From assembly GCA_002269645.1 (NCBI GenBank), contig NIVC01001628.1:1-64000 (forward strand): DNA of 64,000 bases. Direction: 5' to 3'. This DNA comes from Macrostomum lignano (lineage: Eukaryota). This document shows positions 38,792 to 50,637 of the stretch, piece after piece. The notes under the pieces are model-generated. The model saw nothing but the letters and a program-made list of their open reading frames with translations, searched no databases and had not been told where the DNA came from. The position numbers and the translations under genes are program-made. Position 1 is the stretch's first letter. The number at the start of each line of letters is the position of its first letter.

Positions 38792-40185
38792 CCATAGCTT
38801 GGATCATGACAGGCACATACCAGAATAATTGAATGATCATATTAATTATTTTAAACAGATTTAAAAATTAAAAAAACATTTGTACAAGTTAAAAGTTGTT
38901 TATATTTCAGGCTCATTCCATATAAGATGGACATATTTGGAAAATAGAAAAAAGTCAATATTTTTGCTTGCCATTGCCTAATTAGCCTATTTTTTTACCA
39001 AATGTTTATATTGTGCAATATATACAATCTAAGAATAAAGGAATGGTAAAATGTTGGATTAGTATGTTATCAATTGGCAAAAAGTCATTTTTGTAAAAAT
39101 TTGGACATTTTTTGAAGCAAAAGACATCATTAAGATTTTGTACCTTTTAAAAACAAATAGAAAGCTTTTGAAGGTTGAAACAAACTATAGATAAAAGTAT
39201 AGTACTTGCATCATCAGATAAAAGCATTGGTGACCAAATAATCTATTATATTTTTAATGTATTAGTACCTCAAAGTTACTGAATTGACAGAAAAAAATAT
39301 GTTACGACCATAATGTTACGACCATAAGGCTGCCTTTTCTTTTGTATCTTTGTTGCCTTTTGAGTTTATATATTCTAATAAAAGAGTATGATTTCTAAAG
39401 ATGTTCTTAGTCAAATTTTAAAAATGTATTGCAAAATATCAAAAATGAAAAATGTTATAAGACTTTTACCTTTTAGTTTCTATATGTCAAAAATCCTGTC
39501 GTTACGACCATAAGTGTCATTTAAGGTTTAATAGCATCTATACTAATGATGATATCTATATGAAACTCTATAAATATATTCTAGACAAAATAATCTTTCA
39601 TTTAAAATATTGGTTTAGTATATTCTATTATTAGATTTCATTTTATAAGTAAAAATAACCTGTCATGTTACGACCATGCTTATATGGAATGAGCCTTCAG
39701 GTTTTTTGCTAAAAAGTGATATTCTCTGTTTTACTAATGCTTGACTCATAAATAACATCAATATTTTCTGTTTCAGTTTCTAATTAGTTTAAAGAGCTAC
39801 ATATTATAACTACAGGTTGGATGTGATAATTATCATGAGGACAATTTTTCCTTTGGTTATGATTTAGATTGTGAATGTATATTTTTTTTAATTTAAATTT
39901 TAACTTTTTTACTTAATTTACTTAAATAAAAACATGAACACAAATGTATAAAGCAATAAGATATTTAATTTAATTTAATTATTTAAAGCTCAATAAGAGC
40001 TTTAGTTGATTGATATTTAACTACACAATTGCATCAGCCCTGAACTTTTCTATTTCTTGTATGCCAGTTGTTTACACTTCATGTTGAACCTGAATATTTT
40101 ATACACCAAATGTACGCCAAGATTGTTAGCGAGTGCAAAATTACACCAGAAAATTCCAGCATAAAAGCCACCTTCCAGACTATGG
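38792..40185. mobile_element. old CCATAG-family MITE, CpG-depleted, interrupted by a nested element
   Basis: Left end CCATAGCTTGGATCATGACAGG and the right 191 bp align with the 40510-40969 element; TSD not recognisable. Confidence 0.6.
38910..39695. mobile_element. non-autonomous DNA transposon, Kolobok/Sola-like (GG..CC termini, 4-bp TSD)
   Basis: 17-bp TIR GGCTCATTCCATATAAG; TSD TTCA at 38906-38909 and 39696-39699; internal GTTACGACCAT repeats. Confidence 0.8.
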
Positions 40186-40509
40186 GCCAAGGCCAAGATT
40201 ACTTACAAACTCTAGGGCTTAAAGGAGAGGGGCTTGGGGTATAAGAAATATTTTGCTGCTAAGATGCTAATAATGTGAATAAAGTGCTTTCCATTAAAAA
40301 ATGGCTGGTAGACAAAGTCTAGCCCTAATATGAATTGTGCTAGGCCTACTCAAGAGGTTTGCCTAGCCCTATAATTTAAACTAATAATTTGTAATGCAAA
40401 AACACTTTAAAAATGTTGGCATAATGCTAATTTTCATTTTTAGAAAGTTAAAAAAAGCTAAAAAATGCACATACAATGAGTTTAACAAATAGCACATGAC
40501 AGAGATAGC

Positions 40510-40969
40510 CCATAGTCCGGATCATGGCAGGCGTACGCCGGAGTGAAAATTTGTGTCTTTTCAATTTTACGCCAACGTAAAGTTCAAAAAATTTTTATGC
40601 CAAGTCAAAAGTTGTTTATATGCCAACTTTTTAAAGAATTTGTATTTTTAAAAACTTAACAATTATCATTAACTTTAAAATGGCTGATTTTTTCCAAAAA
40701 CTAATATTCTTTGTTTTAATTTTGTTTTTCTTGTAAATTTCGTTAATATTTTCTGTTTTGTTAACTGTTTATATTCAGAAGAGCTTTGGTTGATTGATAT
40801 TTAACTACACAATTGCATCAGCCCTAAGCTTTTCTATTTCTTGTACGCCGGTTGTTTACACTTCATGTTGAACCTGAATATTCTATACGCCAAATGTACG
40901 CCAAGATTGTCAGCGAATGCAAAATTACGCCGGAAAATTCCGGCGTAAAGGCCACCTTCCGGACTATGG
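40510..40969. mobile_element. 460-bp MITE, CCATAG termini, 8-bp TSD
   Basis: TIR CCATAGTCCGGA/TCCGGACTATGG; TSD GAGATAGC at 40502-40509 and 40970-40977. Confidence 0.88.
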
Positions 40970-42061
40970 GAGATAGCCACATACTAAGAATAAGATGGCC
41001 GCAGCTCTAAATATATAATAGATAATAATAAGGTAAAGTCTATTTATTAATTATCTTTTAGTAGTATAATGGAGATAAAGGAGAAAAATACTAGGATTAA
41101 GTTAAAACCCTAGGCCCAGATAGTGTCTTATGTGTTAACCATAAAAATAACCATTTTGTTATTTATAGGCCTATGGTCACCAGAACATTAACAACTGCTA
41201 AAATTATTTAGAGTAATTTTTGTGATACTGACCCTGTCAATCTGTCATATAGTGATAGTACCCCTGCCTGCCACATATTGTACAGGCTCGTCCTTACCTG
41301 CTTATTTTACTTAGAATTAAGCTTAGTAGTAGGATAGTAGTAGGCCTAGTTAGTAGTTAACAATCACAGGCACAAAAGATGAATAGTGAATTCAAAGAAA
41401 GTTTTTTTCTAGTATCAGTGCGAATAAGTGCTTTGAATTGTTTGTAATACAAATTTGCAATTTAAGTTAATCTGCTTAGCAATTAATTATAGCTAGTTAC
41501 GATAAAAGAATGTATGAATAGACTGAATAGTATGAGCGAAGCGAACGAACGAGATCGAACGATCGAGCTACTTTGCACAGCGAAAAATCATTGAGTTTTC
41601 TATTCAAACTTTTTACCCTAACCAGAAAATGATGACATTTTTTATTACTAAAAGCTTAAATTTTGTCTTGAGCTACTTTTACAGACTTCTGAAATTTGAA
41701 GTCTAAAAATTACAATTTGCTTTGTTGTAACTGGATTGCGTAACCAGACTTCAAATCGGAAAATTTTATAGAGGTTATGCTTATGTATGCTTATGTCATA
41801 TTCTATTGCATTATTAAATGCATAAATGTAGCATCATTTGGTGGAGCAAAGAATAACTTAATTAGAAATAATTAGAGAACAAGATTCCCTTTTTAGGTCT
41901 AGAAAGAAATTATATTATTGTACTTTGCGCTTTTTTGTGCTCTGGCAGTCCCAATAATACGTCCCAATCCCAATTTTAGCCTGCTTACGCCTTACTATAG
42001 GTTTCTCATAGGTTTATAATAACGCATTTGACGTATGGTTACTCTTGGCCTAGTGGTTATA

Positions 42062-42130
42062 TCTCTTGGCCTAGTGGTTAGGGCGCCTACTTTGCTTTTG
42101 GTAGGTCTCTGGTTCGAGTCCATTTTAAGG
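42062..42130 (+). other. tRNA-like fragment (pseudo-tRNA or SINE head)
   Basis: TGGCCTAGTGG A box, GGTTCGAGTCC B box, CCTAC/GTAGG stem with an oversize loop; no acceptor stem pairing. Confidence 0.45.
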
Positions 42131-43882
42131 AATAATTTTTTCTTGAAAATTTTCTCGACATTTTATATTTAAAATTTGCTAGTGTGTCTAAAAAGTGCAG
42201 TCCCATTTTTATACTTTCCAAAGTCTTGTATCGACCAATGATTAACATTGTTATTAATTTTTTATTACAATACAATAATCAATAACAATATAAATTTTAT
42301 TAAATTTATTGTATTGTATTAGAAATACAAAGTACTTTTTATTACGGTTTATGCTTTATTTCATAATTAGCCAAGCGGAATATAATTATTCACCATTTTT
42401 TGCTCATGCCTTTAGTCCTTCCTCAGCAATCGGTATTTTTGTACACAGTACACTGAATTTGCCATATTCATAATTATGCTCTACTCTACCTAGTACGGAG
42501 TAGCGCACGGGGCAATAAAAAATCGCAAGTCCACGGCCACTACGGCTAGCCGGACGTGGGTCCACGGTGGATCCACCGGCTAAGCCGAGAATTTTTGACT
42601 AGTGGATTTCACGGCTAGCCGTGGCTGCGAGCTGGTCTGGCCGTGCGCTCGGGGCTTAGACCCCTGTTTAGAGCCTTTGCAATCTGGCACCCTGTGTTGA
42701 CTCCTTTGCTCCGCCGCCACCCTTGCGAGCCCGTGTAGGCTTGTAGACTCTTGCCGCCTTTACTTGTTTACTTGCCTTCTCTCTCTCCGCCTCGCTTCGC
42801 CACGGCCTTAGGCCACGCCTCTGCCACTCTCAGCCACGCCACTTCCACTACCTATCTATCAAACTCGTTGTTGTGTAGCCGCCAGTGCATTGTTACGAAT
42901 CCAACTTGCATTTCTGTTGACAATAAACCAAGTCTGCAGCCATTGATTGCATTAACTTTAACTTTAACTGATATTACTGCCAAGTGCTACCGCTACAAAT
43001 TTGCCTCTGCCGCATTCATTTGCCTTCGCTTATTCTCGGGGCCGCCACGCTAGTATTCGTCACAATAGGCATCATTTCTCTTTGGTGTCCTGCGAAATTC
43101 TAACTCCTTTATTGAACTTTCACATACGGGAATTCTGTAGCTGAAAGTTCTATTAGCGAGTCTGCAAAAGCGTCTTTCGACTCACTTCTTCCTTGTACGC
43201 GTCATTTAAACTCTTCCTTAAACTCTGACGCATTTCCTATATTCTGCCGAATCTCTCGATCGTTCCATAAAATCTTCGCACTCTAAATAGTCTGGCAAAT
43301 TAAGTCGCATGCTGATGGTAGATCAAAATTGGCTAGCAATTATGTTTTCCTATGGTTTACCTCAATTTTTTACAGAGTCGCACCTCTGATCAAAAGTTGT
43401 TTACCATATCATAATATCCCGGCTTGGTATTTTGGTATTTTGAATTCTAACATGTCTTGTCGGTCTTAATTCAAGACAATTCCTAAGTTCTTCAGCTAAG
43501 AGTGTTAATGCGTCATTAATACCTGACATTCTAAGTCATTACTTCACGTAATAATTAAATTGCCTCTCACTGTATCTTGATCCCAAGCCAAGAGCCAATA
43601 GTCAACAGCTACATCTCAAGTTGTTTCCGTATTTCACACAGATTATTCATCCAAAAGCAAAAATTATGCTGATTGGACTCATTATACTCTGTAATTAATA
43701 AATGGCGAAACTTTTCAAATTGTGCTCAGTAAGTATTTGTAAAAGGTTACAATTAATAGAATATCGGCTTTTTGACATGTTAATCTGCAACGGGGACAGC
43801 GGCACTGATAGCAAAGTTTCTAATTAACCTGGAAGGCAACGGGGACCGCGTCATTGATAAGAATTGAGCATCTTGTTTTTCA

Positions 43883-44220
43883 TTAGGCTGGCACCAGCTG
43901 GACTGTCTCTCCGTCGTTCTCGCCGTCGCTGTCCCGGCACCGGCGATGCGTTTGCCGCCAGACGAACAGCGCGCACACCGGCAGGATGCACATGGCGCAC
44001 ACTGTTGCCATGGCAACCGCTGCCGGACGTAGGACAGACGTCGATGCGGCTACGTCGGCGCGGAAGAAAGCGCAGTCCTGGGGGCCGCCAATGGCGACGT
44101 AGGGCCGCGGCCCCAACACCCTGGACGACGAGTTCGCCTCCGGACAAGACGACGAAGCAAAGCCGATGCGACGACCGGCTCGGTCGAATTCGACCAGGAA
44201 TCCCGAGAGGAAGGTGGCAC
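43883..44220 (-). CDS. BACE: BACE-like protease, exon 4 (TM helix and acidic cytosolic tail)
   Basis: GATFLSGFLVEFDRAGRRIGFA...VAMATVCAMCILPVCALFVW...DGENDGETVQLVPA*; total 503 aa, similar to BACE1. Confidence 0.93.
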
Positions 44221-44258
44221 CTGGGCGGAGCAGTTAAGCGAAACTGATGATGAGAGGT

Positions 44259-44568
44259 AGATTAAAGGCAGGGGGCCGTAAGTGCACTTTAAGCGACATT
44301 GTCACACAACCGGCGAGAGGCATTGCAGCCCATTCCGCCGGCTCCCCTGAACAGGCACACAAGCGCAAGGGTACGTACGCAGTCATACGACCAGGCACAC
44401 ACTCACACAGGAGTGTAAAGCGGCAATAACTTTATCTTCTCAATGGTGTTAATTGCACGAGCAGAGCCAAACCGAGATTCCAATTTAGCCCTAGATTAAT
44501 GTGACTGCACTTGGAATCGAGCCTGGGCCGCTTTCGCATCAGAGCTAGACCATTAGGTTACGCCCCTT
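44259..44568 (-). mobile_element. tRNA-derived SINE in BACE intron 3
   Basis: 14-bp TSD TGATGATGAGAGGT (44245-44258, 44569-44582); minus-strand head GGGGCGTAACCTAATGG (A-box-like) and GGCTCGATTCC (B-box-like). Confidence 0.8.
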
Positions 44569-44827
44569 TGATGATGAGAGGTCATGATAATGCCAATATA
44601 TCCACTCCTGAAGTATTTCAACTGTGAGCTTTGACACTCACTTTGCCTGCACTCGGACACGCAGCCCACCTCTAGCAGAAATTCAGAACCACATTCCCCG
44701 CTTCACCCTGACCTCTGGCCTTTCTATGCATCATCGGACTAAAGAAATCAAATTTCGAGTCAGAGCTTGCTAGATCAGGATTGCTGTTTCATGACAGTTG
44801 AGCTGTTTAAATTTCCAGCTTCCCTAC

Positions 44828-45249
44828 CGAGAATAGCTCCATCGCTTGTGCTCTGAATTCCGAAGCGGAAACAGGACCCATTTCCGGCTGGAGAGCCACC
44901 GAGCACGACCGGTCGCAGGTACTGGGCGGGGCTCAGCTCGAGGTCCACCGTCTGGTTATCCGGCGTCACCAGGCTGAAGGTGACGGATGGAAAAGCGTCG
45001 AGAAGCCTCTTGGTGGCTTCCAGTGAACCGTCGCTCGAGCACAGGAGGCCCAGGCCGTTAAAGAAGCGGTTGCCGAGCTCCGGCTGTTGCGCCCCCACCT
45101 GCTGAGCGACGCGAGCGTGCACCCGGGCCGGCAGGCGAATGTCACCGACGCCAGAGTGCAGGATGGCCTTGTCCATGTTGTACTCCTTGCAGTCCATGCC
45201 GAGCGAGGACCGGCCGACCTTGATGTCGGCTATGACCACTTCATAGTAC
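44828..45249 (-). CDS. BACE: BACE-like protease, exon 3 (second lobe; DSG replaced by HSG)
   Basis: WYYEVVIADIKVG...MDCKEYNMDKAILHSGVGDIRLP aligns with BACE1 WYYEV...[23 protein letters not shown]. Confidence 0.95.
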
Positions 45250-45462
45250 CTGAAGGGCGGAGATTATTGATGGATTGTTAATATGAAAAAGGAAAACTTT
45301 CTCCAGACTGCTTATTCCGCTGAGCATTCACACGCACAAGGATACGTACGCAGATAAAAGCTCAGGAAGCTCAGCGGCCTTGAATTTCTAATCTTCAAAG
45401 ATGTACAGTTGAATCACACAATTGCAGAAGCCTCAAGTTGTTTTGCCACAATCGAGTCTCAC

Positions 45463-45965
45463 CAGTCCCAGCGCACGGAGGCGTACAGCATGTCGGTGCG
45501 GTTCGCCTGCCCGATCCTGATGAAGCTCCCTAAACCCGCGTCGCCCCCGCACAGCTGCAGGCAGAACGGCACGGGAGGCGATCCCGTCGACATGGCGTCG
45601 CCCAGCTGCCTCGCCAGCGTGTCGGCGAAGTTTCCGCCGCCAGCCGCTGTCCGCGCATTCGACAGCCGTTCGAAGGCCAGGCCGACAGAGGCCTGCCAGG
45701 CCCCGGCGCCGGCCTGGAAGTAGCCGGAGCTGCGCTCGGCGACGCTGAAGGCGGCGCGGACTGGTCCGGGCACAGGGCCTGGCAGTGACACGACGTCCGT
45801 GGCCAGGTGGCCCTCCCAGAAGCCGGTGGTGTAGGGGGTGCGCACCAGCTGGTGCTGCCAGACCAGCGAACTGGACGACTTGGCGTCGAACCACCGGTCA
45901 AGGCCGGGCGTCTTGGCGCCAGCCGTTACGAAGTCGCTGCTGCCTGTGTCCAACTTTGCTGTGAT
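45463..45965 (-). CDS. BACE: BACE-like protease, exon 2 (first catalytic DTGS, flap)
   Basis: ITAKLDTGSSDF; flap TPYTTGFWEGHLATDVVSLP; FCLQLCG; phase-2 donor TG|GTGAGA. Confidence 0.95.
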
Positions 45966-46159
45966 CTGCGAGATCAGGTTAGATGAATTTATTTCAATTT
46001 AATAGCCTTCTGTCCAGTAGACAGTGTAGAATGTGGCGCAAAAGGCTTGTTCGGAGGACAAAAAAAGTATTCGTGCTGTTTTCTTGATTCAAGGGGCAGC
46101 TCGGAATTCAGAAAACGGGCCAGATGACTCAGCAGACAGTGGGCCAGATGAATCAGCAT

Positions 46160-47550
46160 TTGAAACTAACTGGAGTTCACAGGAACTGAAGATTTCAACC
46201 AATTGGAGTTCACAGAAACTGAAGAGTTGAAACCAACTGGAGTTCACGGGAACTGAAGATTTAAAACCAACTATAGTTCACGGGAACTGAAGAGTTAAAA
46301 AACAACAACTGGAGTTCACGGGAACTGAAGATTTGAAACCAACTATAGTTCACGGGAACTGAAGATTTGAAACCAACTATAGTTCACGGGAACTGAAGAT
46401 TTAAAACCAACTATAGTTCACGGGAACTGAAGATTTGAAACCAACTGGAGTTCACGGGAACTGAAGATTTGAAACTAACTGGAGTTCACGGGAACTGAAG
46501 ATTTAAAACCAACTATAGTTCACGGGAACTGAAGATTTGAAACCAACTATAGTTCACGGGAACTGAAGATTTAAAACCAACTATAGTTCACGGGAACTGA
46601 AGATTTGAAACCAACTATAGTTCACGGGAACTGAAGATTTAAAACCAACTATAGTTCACGGGAACTGAAGATTTGAAACCAACTGGAGTTCACGGGAACT
46701 GAAGATTTGAAACTAACTGGAGTTCACGGGAACTGAAGATTTGAAACCAACTATAGTTCACGGGAACTGAAGATTTGAAACCAACTATAGTTCACGGGAA
46801 CTGAAGATTTAAAACCAACTATAGTTCACGGGAACTGAAGATTTAAAACCAACTATAGTTCACGGGAACTGAAGATTTGACACCAACTGGAGTTCACGGG
46901 AACTGAAGATTTAAAACCAACTATAGTTCACGGGAACTGAAGATTTGAAACCAACTATAGTTCACGGGAACTGAAGATTTAAAACCAACTATAGTTCACG
47001 GGAACTGAAGATTTGACACCAACTGGAGTTCACGGGAACTGAAGATTTGAAACCAACTGGAGTTCACGGGAACTGAAGATTTGAAACCAACTGGAGTTCA
47101 CGGGAACTGAAGATTTGAAACCAACTATAGTTCACGGGAACTGAAGATTTGACACCAACTGGAGTTCACGGGAACTGAAGATTTGAAACCAACTGGAGTT
47201 CACGGGAACTGAAGATTTGAAACTAACTGGAGTTCACGGGAACTGAAGATTTAAAACCAACTATAGTTCACGGGAACTGAAGATTTGACACCAACTGGAG
47301 TTCACGGGAACTGAAGATTTGAAACTAACTGGAGTTCACGGGAACTGAAGATTTGAACCCATTGCAGTTTACGGGAACGGAAGATTTTAAACCAACTGGT
47401 GTTCACGGGAACTGAATGGAAATTTTACCAACTGGTGTTTACGGGAACTGAATGGAAATTTTACCGACTGGAGTTCACGGGAACTGAATGGAAATTTTAC
47501 CCGACTGGAGTTCACGGGAACTGAATGGAAATTTTAACCGACTGGAGTTC
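46160..47550. repeat. 34-bp minisatellite (~40 copies), BACE intron 1
   Basis: GGAACTGAAGATTTGAAACCAACTATAGTTCACG. Confidence 0.98.
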
Positions 47551-47608
47551 ACGGTGACTTAAGTTTAACCGCACTGTGAGCTCCGGCACCTCTGCCCGCC
47601 CAGCTCAC

Positions 47609-47857
47609 AATCTGCCTGGGTGTACCAACGCCAAGCCGCAGGCAGTAGGCAGCCTCAGGTCGACCGTGAATGGCGCTGCCGTTCACCAGCTGGAAGACAC
47701 CCCTCTGTCCGAACAGCTGGACGCTGTCCACTGGCAGTCCGGATTTGGCGGGCGCCACGAAGTTCAGGCGAGTCAGCGGCAGCTGCAGGGCCGCCGTGGC
47801 GGGGAGGCAGGCCAGAGCCGCGCAGACTGGCGGCAGCAGAGTGAGAAGAATTCCCAT
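47609..47857 (-). CDS. BACE: BACE/memapsin-like aspartic protease, exon 1 (signal + pro region)
   Basis: ATG 47857; MGILLTLLPPVCAALACLPATAA signal; AYCLRLGVGTPRQI aligns with BACE1 YYVEMTVGSPPQT; donor ATT|GTGAGC. Confidence 0.85.
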
Positions 47858-48939
47858 AGTGTTGAGCACGGCTACAGCAGTTGCAGCTAAGCGGAAACAA
47901 AAACTTTTTATTTATTTTATGCCTTTTTATGACCATGCAGAGAGCAGCGAACTGGACGAACATCTGACGCGGAGCAGCTGTTGCAGTTTGGAGCAGCCGG
48001 TTGGAAACGATGGTTTTTTCTGATTTCCCGAGAAATGAGAAATGCGCTCAAGTACCCGACACAGGTTAAGAAACTGATTTCTGCTTGAAAGTTTAAATTC
48101 TCCTATCGTTCTGTTTAAAATATTGATATTTTTCTCACTACTCTACTGACCGACCGTGAGTAGTATGAAACAGATGCAACACGAATTTTTAATTTTGCAA
48201 TCTTTTTACATTTTATGACGATAGTAATGCGGCCAGAATATGGAAATGCAGAGTCTGTTCAGCTTCCTCATCAGCTTCATCATCATGGGGGTGGGGTATT
48301 ACGTAATCCGACTCCGCCTTCAGAACTGACAGGCGTCATTTGCACCAGCCACAATGCATTCGAGCTGCTACAAGGGCGAGTGAAACTCGGGCAGCATCGC
48401 TTTGGCCTGCAGCGGCCACGCCATCATTCGGTCTGGGATTCCTTGGACAGATTAGAAAAATACTGCGCAGGGGAACAGGGAGGCTGGGGATGAAGCCGCG
48501 TGCCTGCGGACTGCGCAAAATCATCAGTTCTCTCTCGACCCGCAGGAGCCGTGCCGGCATCAAAGCCGAAGTGTCCGCCTTCGGTCAGGAGGCCTGCCCG
48601 CCCCGGCCGGCCGTTGACCGTCGCCTGTCCGCTCACCTTGGAATTAAAAAAGATTAAGTCTGTGCCCTTTAATAAAATTCTGGCCGAATAGAAAGACAAA
48701 GTAAACCGCTTTCTGATGATGGCTAAGAGAAAGTTCAGGAAAATCTCCAGTTTTCTTTTATTGCAAAATCTAAATGCAAGTCTTTAAAAATAGCTTTGAT
48801 GGGTTATGGAAATCAGGCTTCATCAATAAATAATTATGCTAGTTCACTGCACTAGAAGTTGTCAGCTTTGTAGTCTGTGAATTTAATTGCGTATATAATT
48901 GCTGCTGTCTGCTCCGAGCTCAGGCCTCTGCTTTCCAAC

Positions 48940-49380
48940 TGTAGCACCCTGTCTAACAGCCAGTCACCACACTGTAACACCCTGTCTAACAGCCAATCAC
49001 CAACCCGTAACACCCTGCCTAACAGTCAGTCCCCACACTCTAACACCCTGTCTAACATTTAGTCACCACATTGTAACACCCTGTCTAACAGCCAATCCCT
49101 ACACTGTAACTGTAAGACCCTTCCATCAGCCAGTCACCACACTGTAACACCTTGTCTAACAGTATTTCATCACTGTAACACCCTATCTAACAGCAATTCC
49201 TCACACTGTAACACCCTGTCTAACAGCCAGTCACCACACTTTAACTGTAACACCCTGTCTAACAGCCAGTCACCACACTGTAACACCTTGTCTAACCGAA
49301 TTTATCACTGTAACACCCTATCTAACAGCAATTCCTCACACTGTAACGCCCTGTCTAACAGCCAGTCCCCACACAGCACC
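48940..49380. repeat. degenerate ~33-bp minisatellite
   Basis: CTGTAACACCCTGTCTAACAGCCAGTCACCACA variants. Confidence 0.88.
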
Positions 49381-49789
49381 TTAACTCTCTAACAACCCGT
49401 TTAGCCAGGCAGTGTGACGCCAGCCTTCATTGATTGACAGGTCCAGATAAGCCAGGATCCAAATGCCCGGCCACTTCACCCAGACACTCGGGGCCTTCTG
49501 TGCGACCGGCAGACAGGAATCTGTGCACTTATCCGGTGACATTCAAAACCCTTCTTTGCAAAAATACTCCGACAAAACTCAACCCGAAAGGAGAAACTCG
49601 ATTAACCAAAATTGGACTGGCTGAATTTGCTGACTTATTCGGTGTCCCATTTGAGCATAGAGTTGCTGCCAAATTGACCTAGTGGGTCACGGCTCAGGCA
49701 GACCGGCTCCAGATCCTCAAATGTTTATGAATAAAATTCCCACAGCCTAGGCTGAGGACTTTCAAAGCCTTAAGCCTGTCTACCAGAAC

Positions 49790-50165
49790 AGCCCACCTGT
49801 CCACTAGGCTGTCCCACAAGACAAACTACCTGTCCACTAGGCTGTCCCACAAGACAAACTACCTGTCCACTAGGCTGTCCCACAAGACAAACTACCTGTC
49901 CACTAGGCTGTCCCACAAGACAGACTACCTGTCCAATAGGCTGTCTCACAAGACAAACTACCTGTCCACTACAGCCCACCTGTTCACTACACCCCACATG
50001 TTCACTAGAGCCCACCTGTCCGCTACAGCGCACCTATCCACTACAGCCAACCTGACCACTACAGCCCACCTGTCCACTGCAGCCCACCTGTCCACTACAG
50101 CCCACCTGTCCACTACAGCCCACCTGTCCACTACAACCCACCTGTCCACTACAGCCTACCTGTCT
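49790..50165. repeat. compound 34-bp and 18-bp minisatellite sharing an ACCTGTCCACTA core
   Basis: Directly visible. Confidence 0.92.
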
Positions 50166-50586
50166 ATTAGCCGGTCTGTAAAGCCAGCCTAACGATCTCT
50201 GACCTGCATTCGAGCACAGCAAGTATAAAAAAATTTCATTAAAAAGCCAACAAACCCATCAGATTGGCTTTGAGCTATAAAAAGATCTCTAGCGGCAGAG
50301 CGAGTTGGGCAGAAGAAGAGAGCAGCCGAAGCAAGAAGCCGAAGATGCAACCTGAAAGGCCAGCCCTGAAGACACCGGGAAGCCGGGGTCAGGTGCCCCC
50401 CTCCCCTGCCGCCACCGCTGCAGAGCCCTCAAGCTCCGCCCTCCCCTCTCCCCCTCTCTGTTCCTCTTCTTTCTTATTCCCCAAAGCGATGAAGCTTGAT
50501 AAGCTCGCTCTTTTCCCAGCAGCTCAGCCTCCGCCGCATCAGACTTCATCCCGGCTGAGTTACCCGCCAGCCTTCTTAATGGGGCA

Positions 50587-50598
50587 AGAGAGAGAGAA

Positions 50599-50633
<35 letters not shown>
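50587..50633. repeat. (GA)n microsatellite
   Basis: Directly visible. Confidence 0.95.

Positions 50634-50637
<4 letters not shown>

Noticed and set aside
42062-42130. Functional tRNA gene
   Set aside because: Oversized anticodon loop and no acceptor stem; kept only as a tRNA-like fragment.
42660-43100. Possible solo LTR with AATAAA and a TGGTGTCC PBS-like motif
   Set aside because: No TSD found, the PBS is not adjacent to a CA end, and there is no gag/pol downstream.
46160-47550. STAT-like TTCN4GAA in the 34-mer, Meis TGACAG in the 20-mer, and similar short motif matches
   Set aside because: Short or degenerate motifs are expected by chance given ~25 different units.
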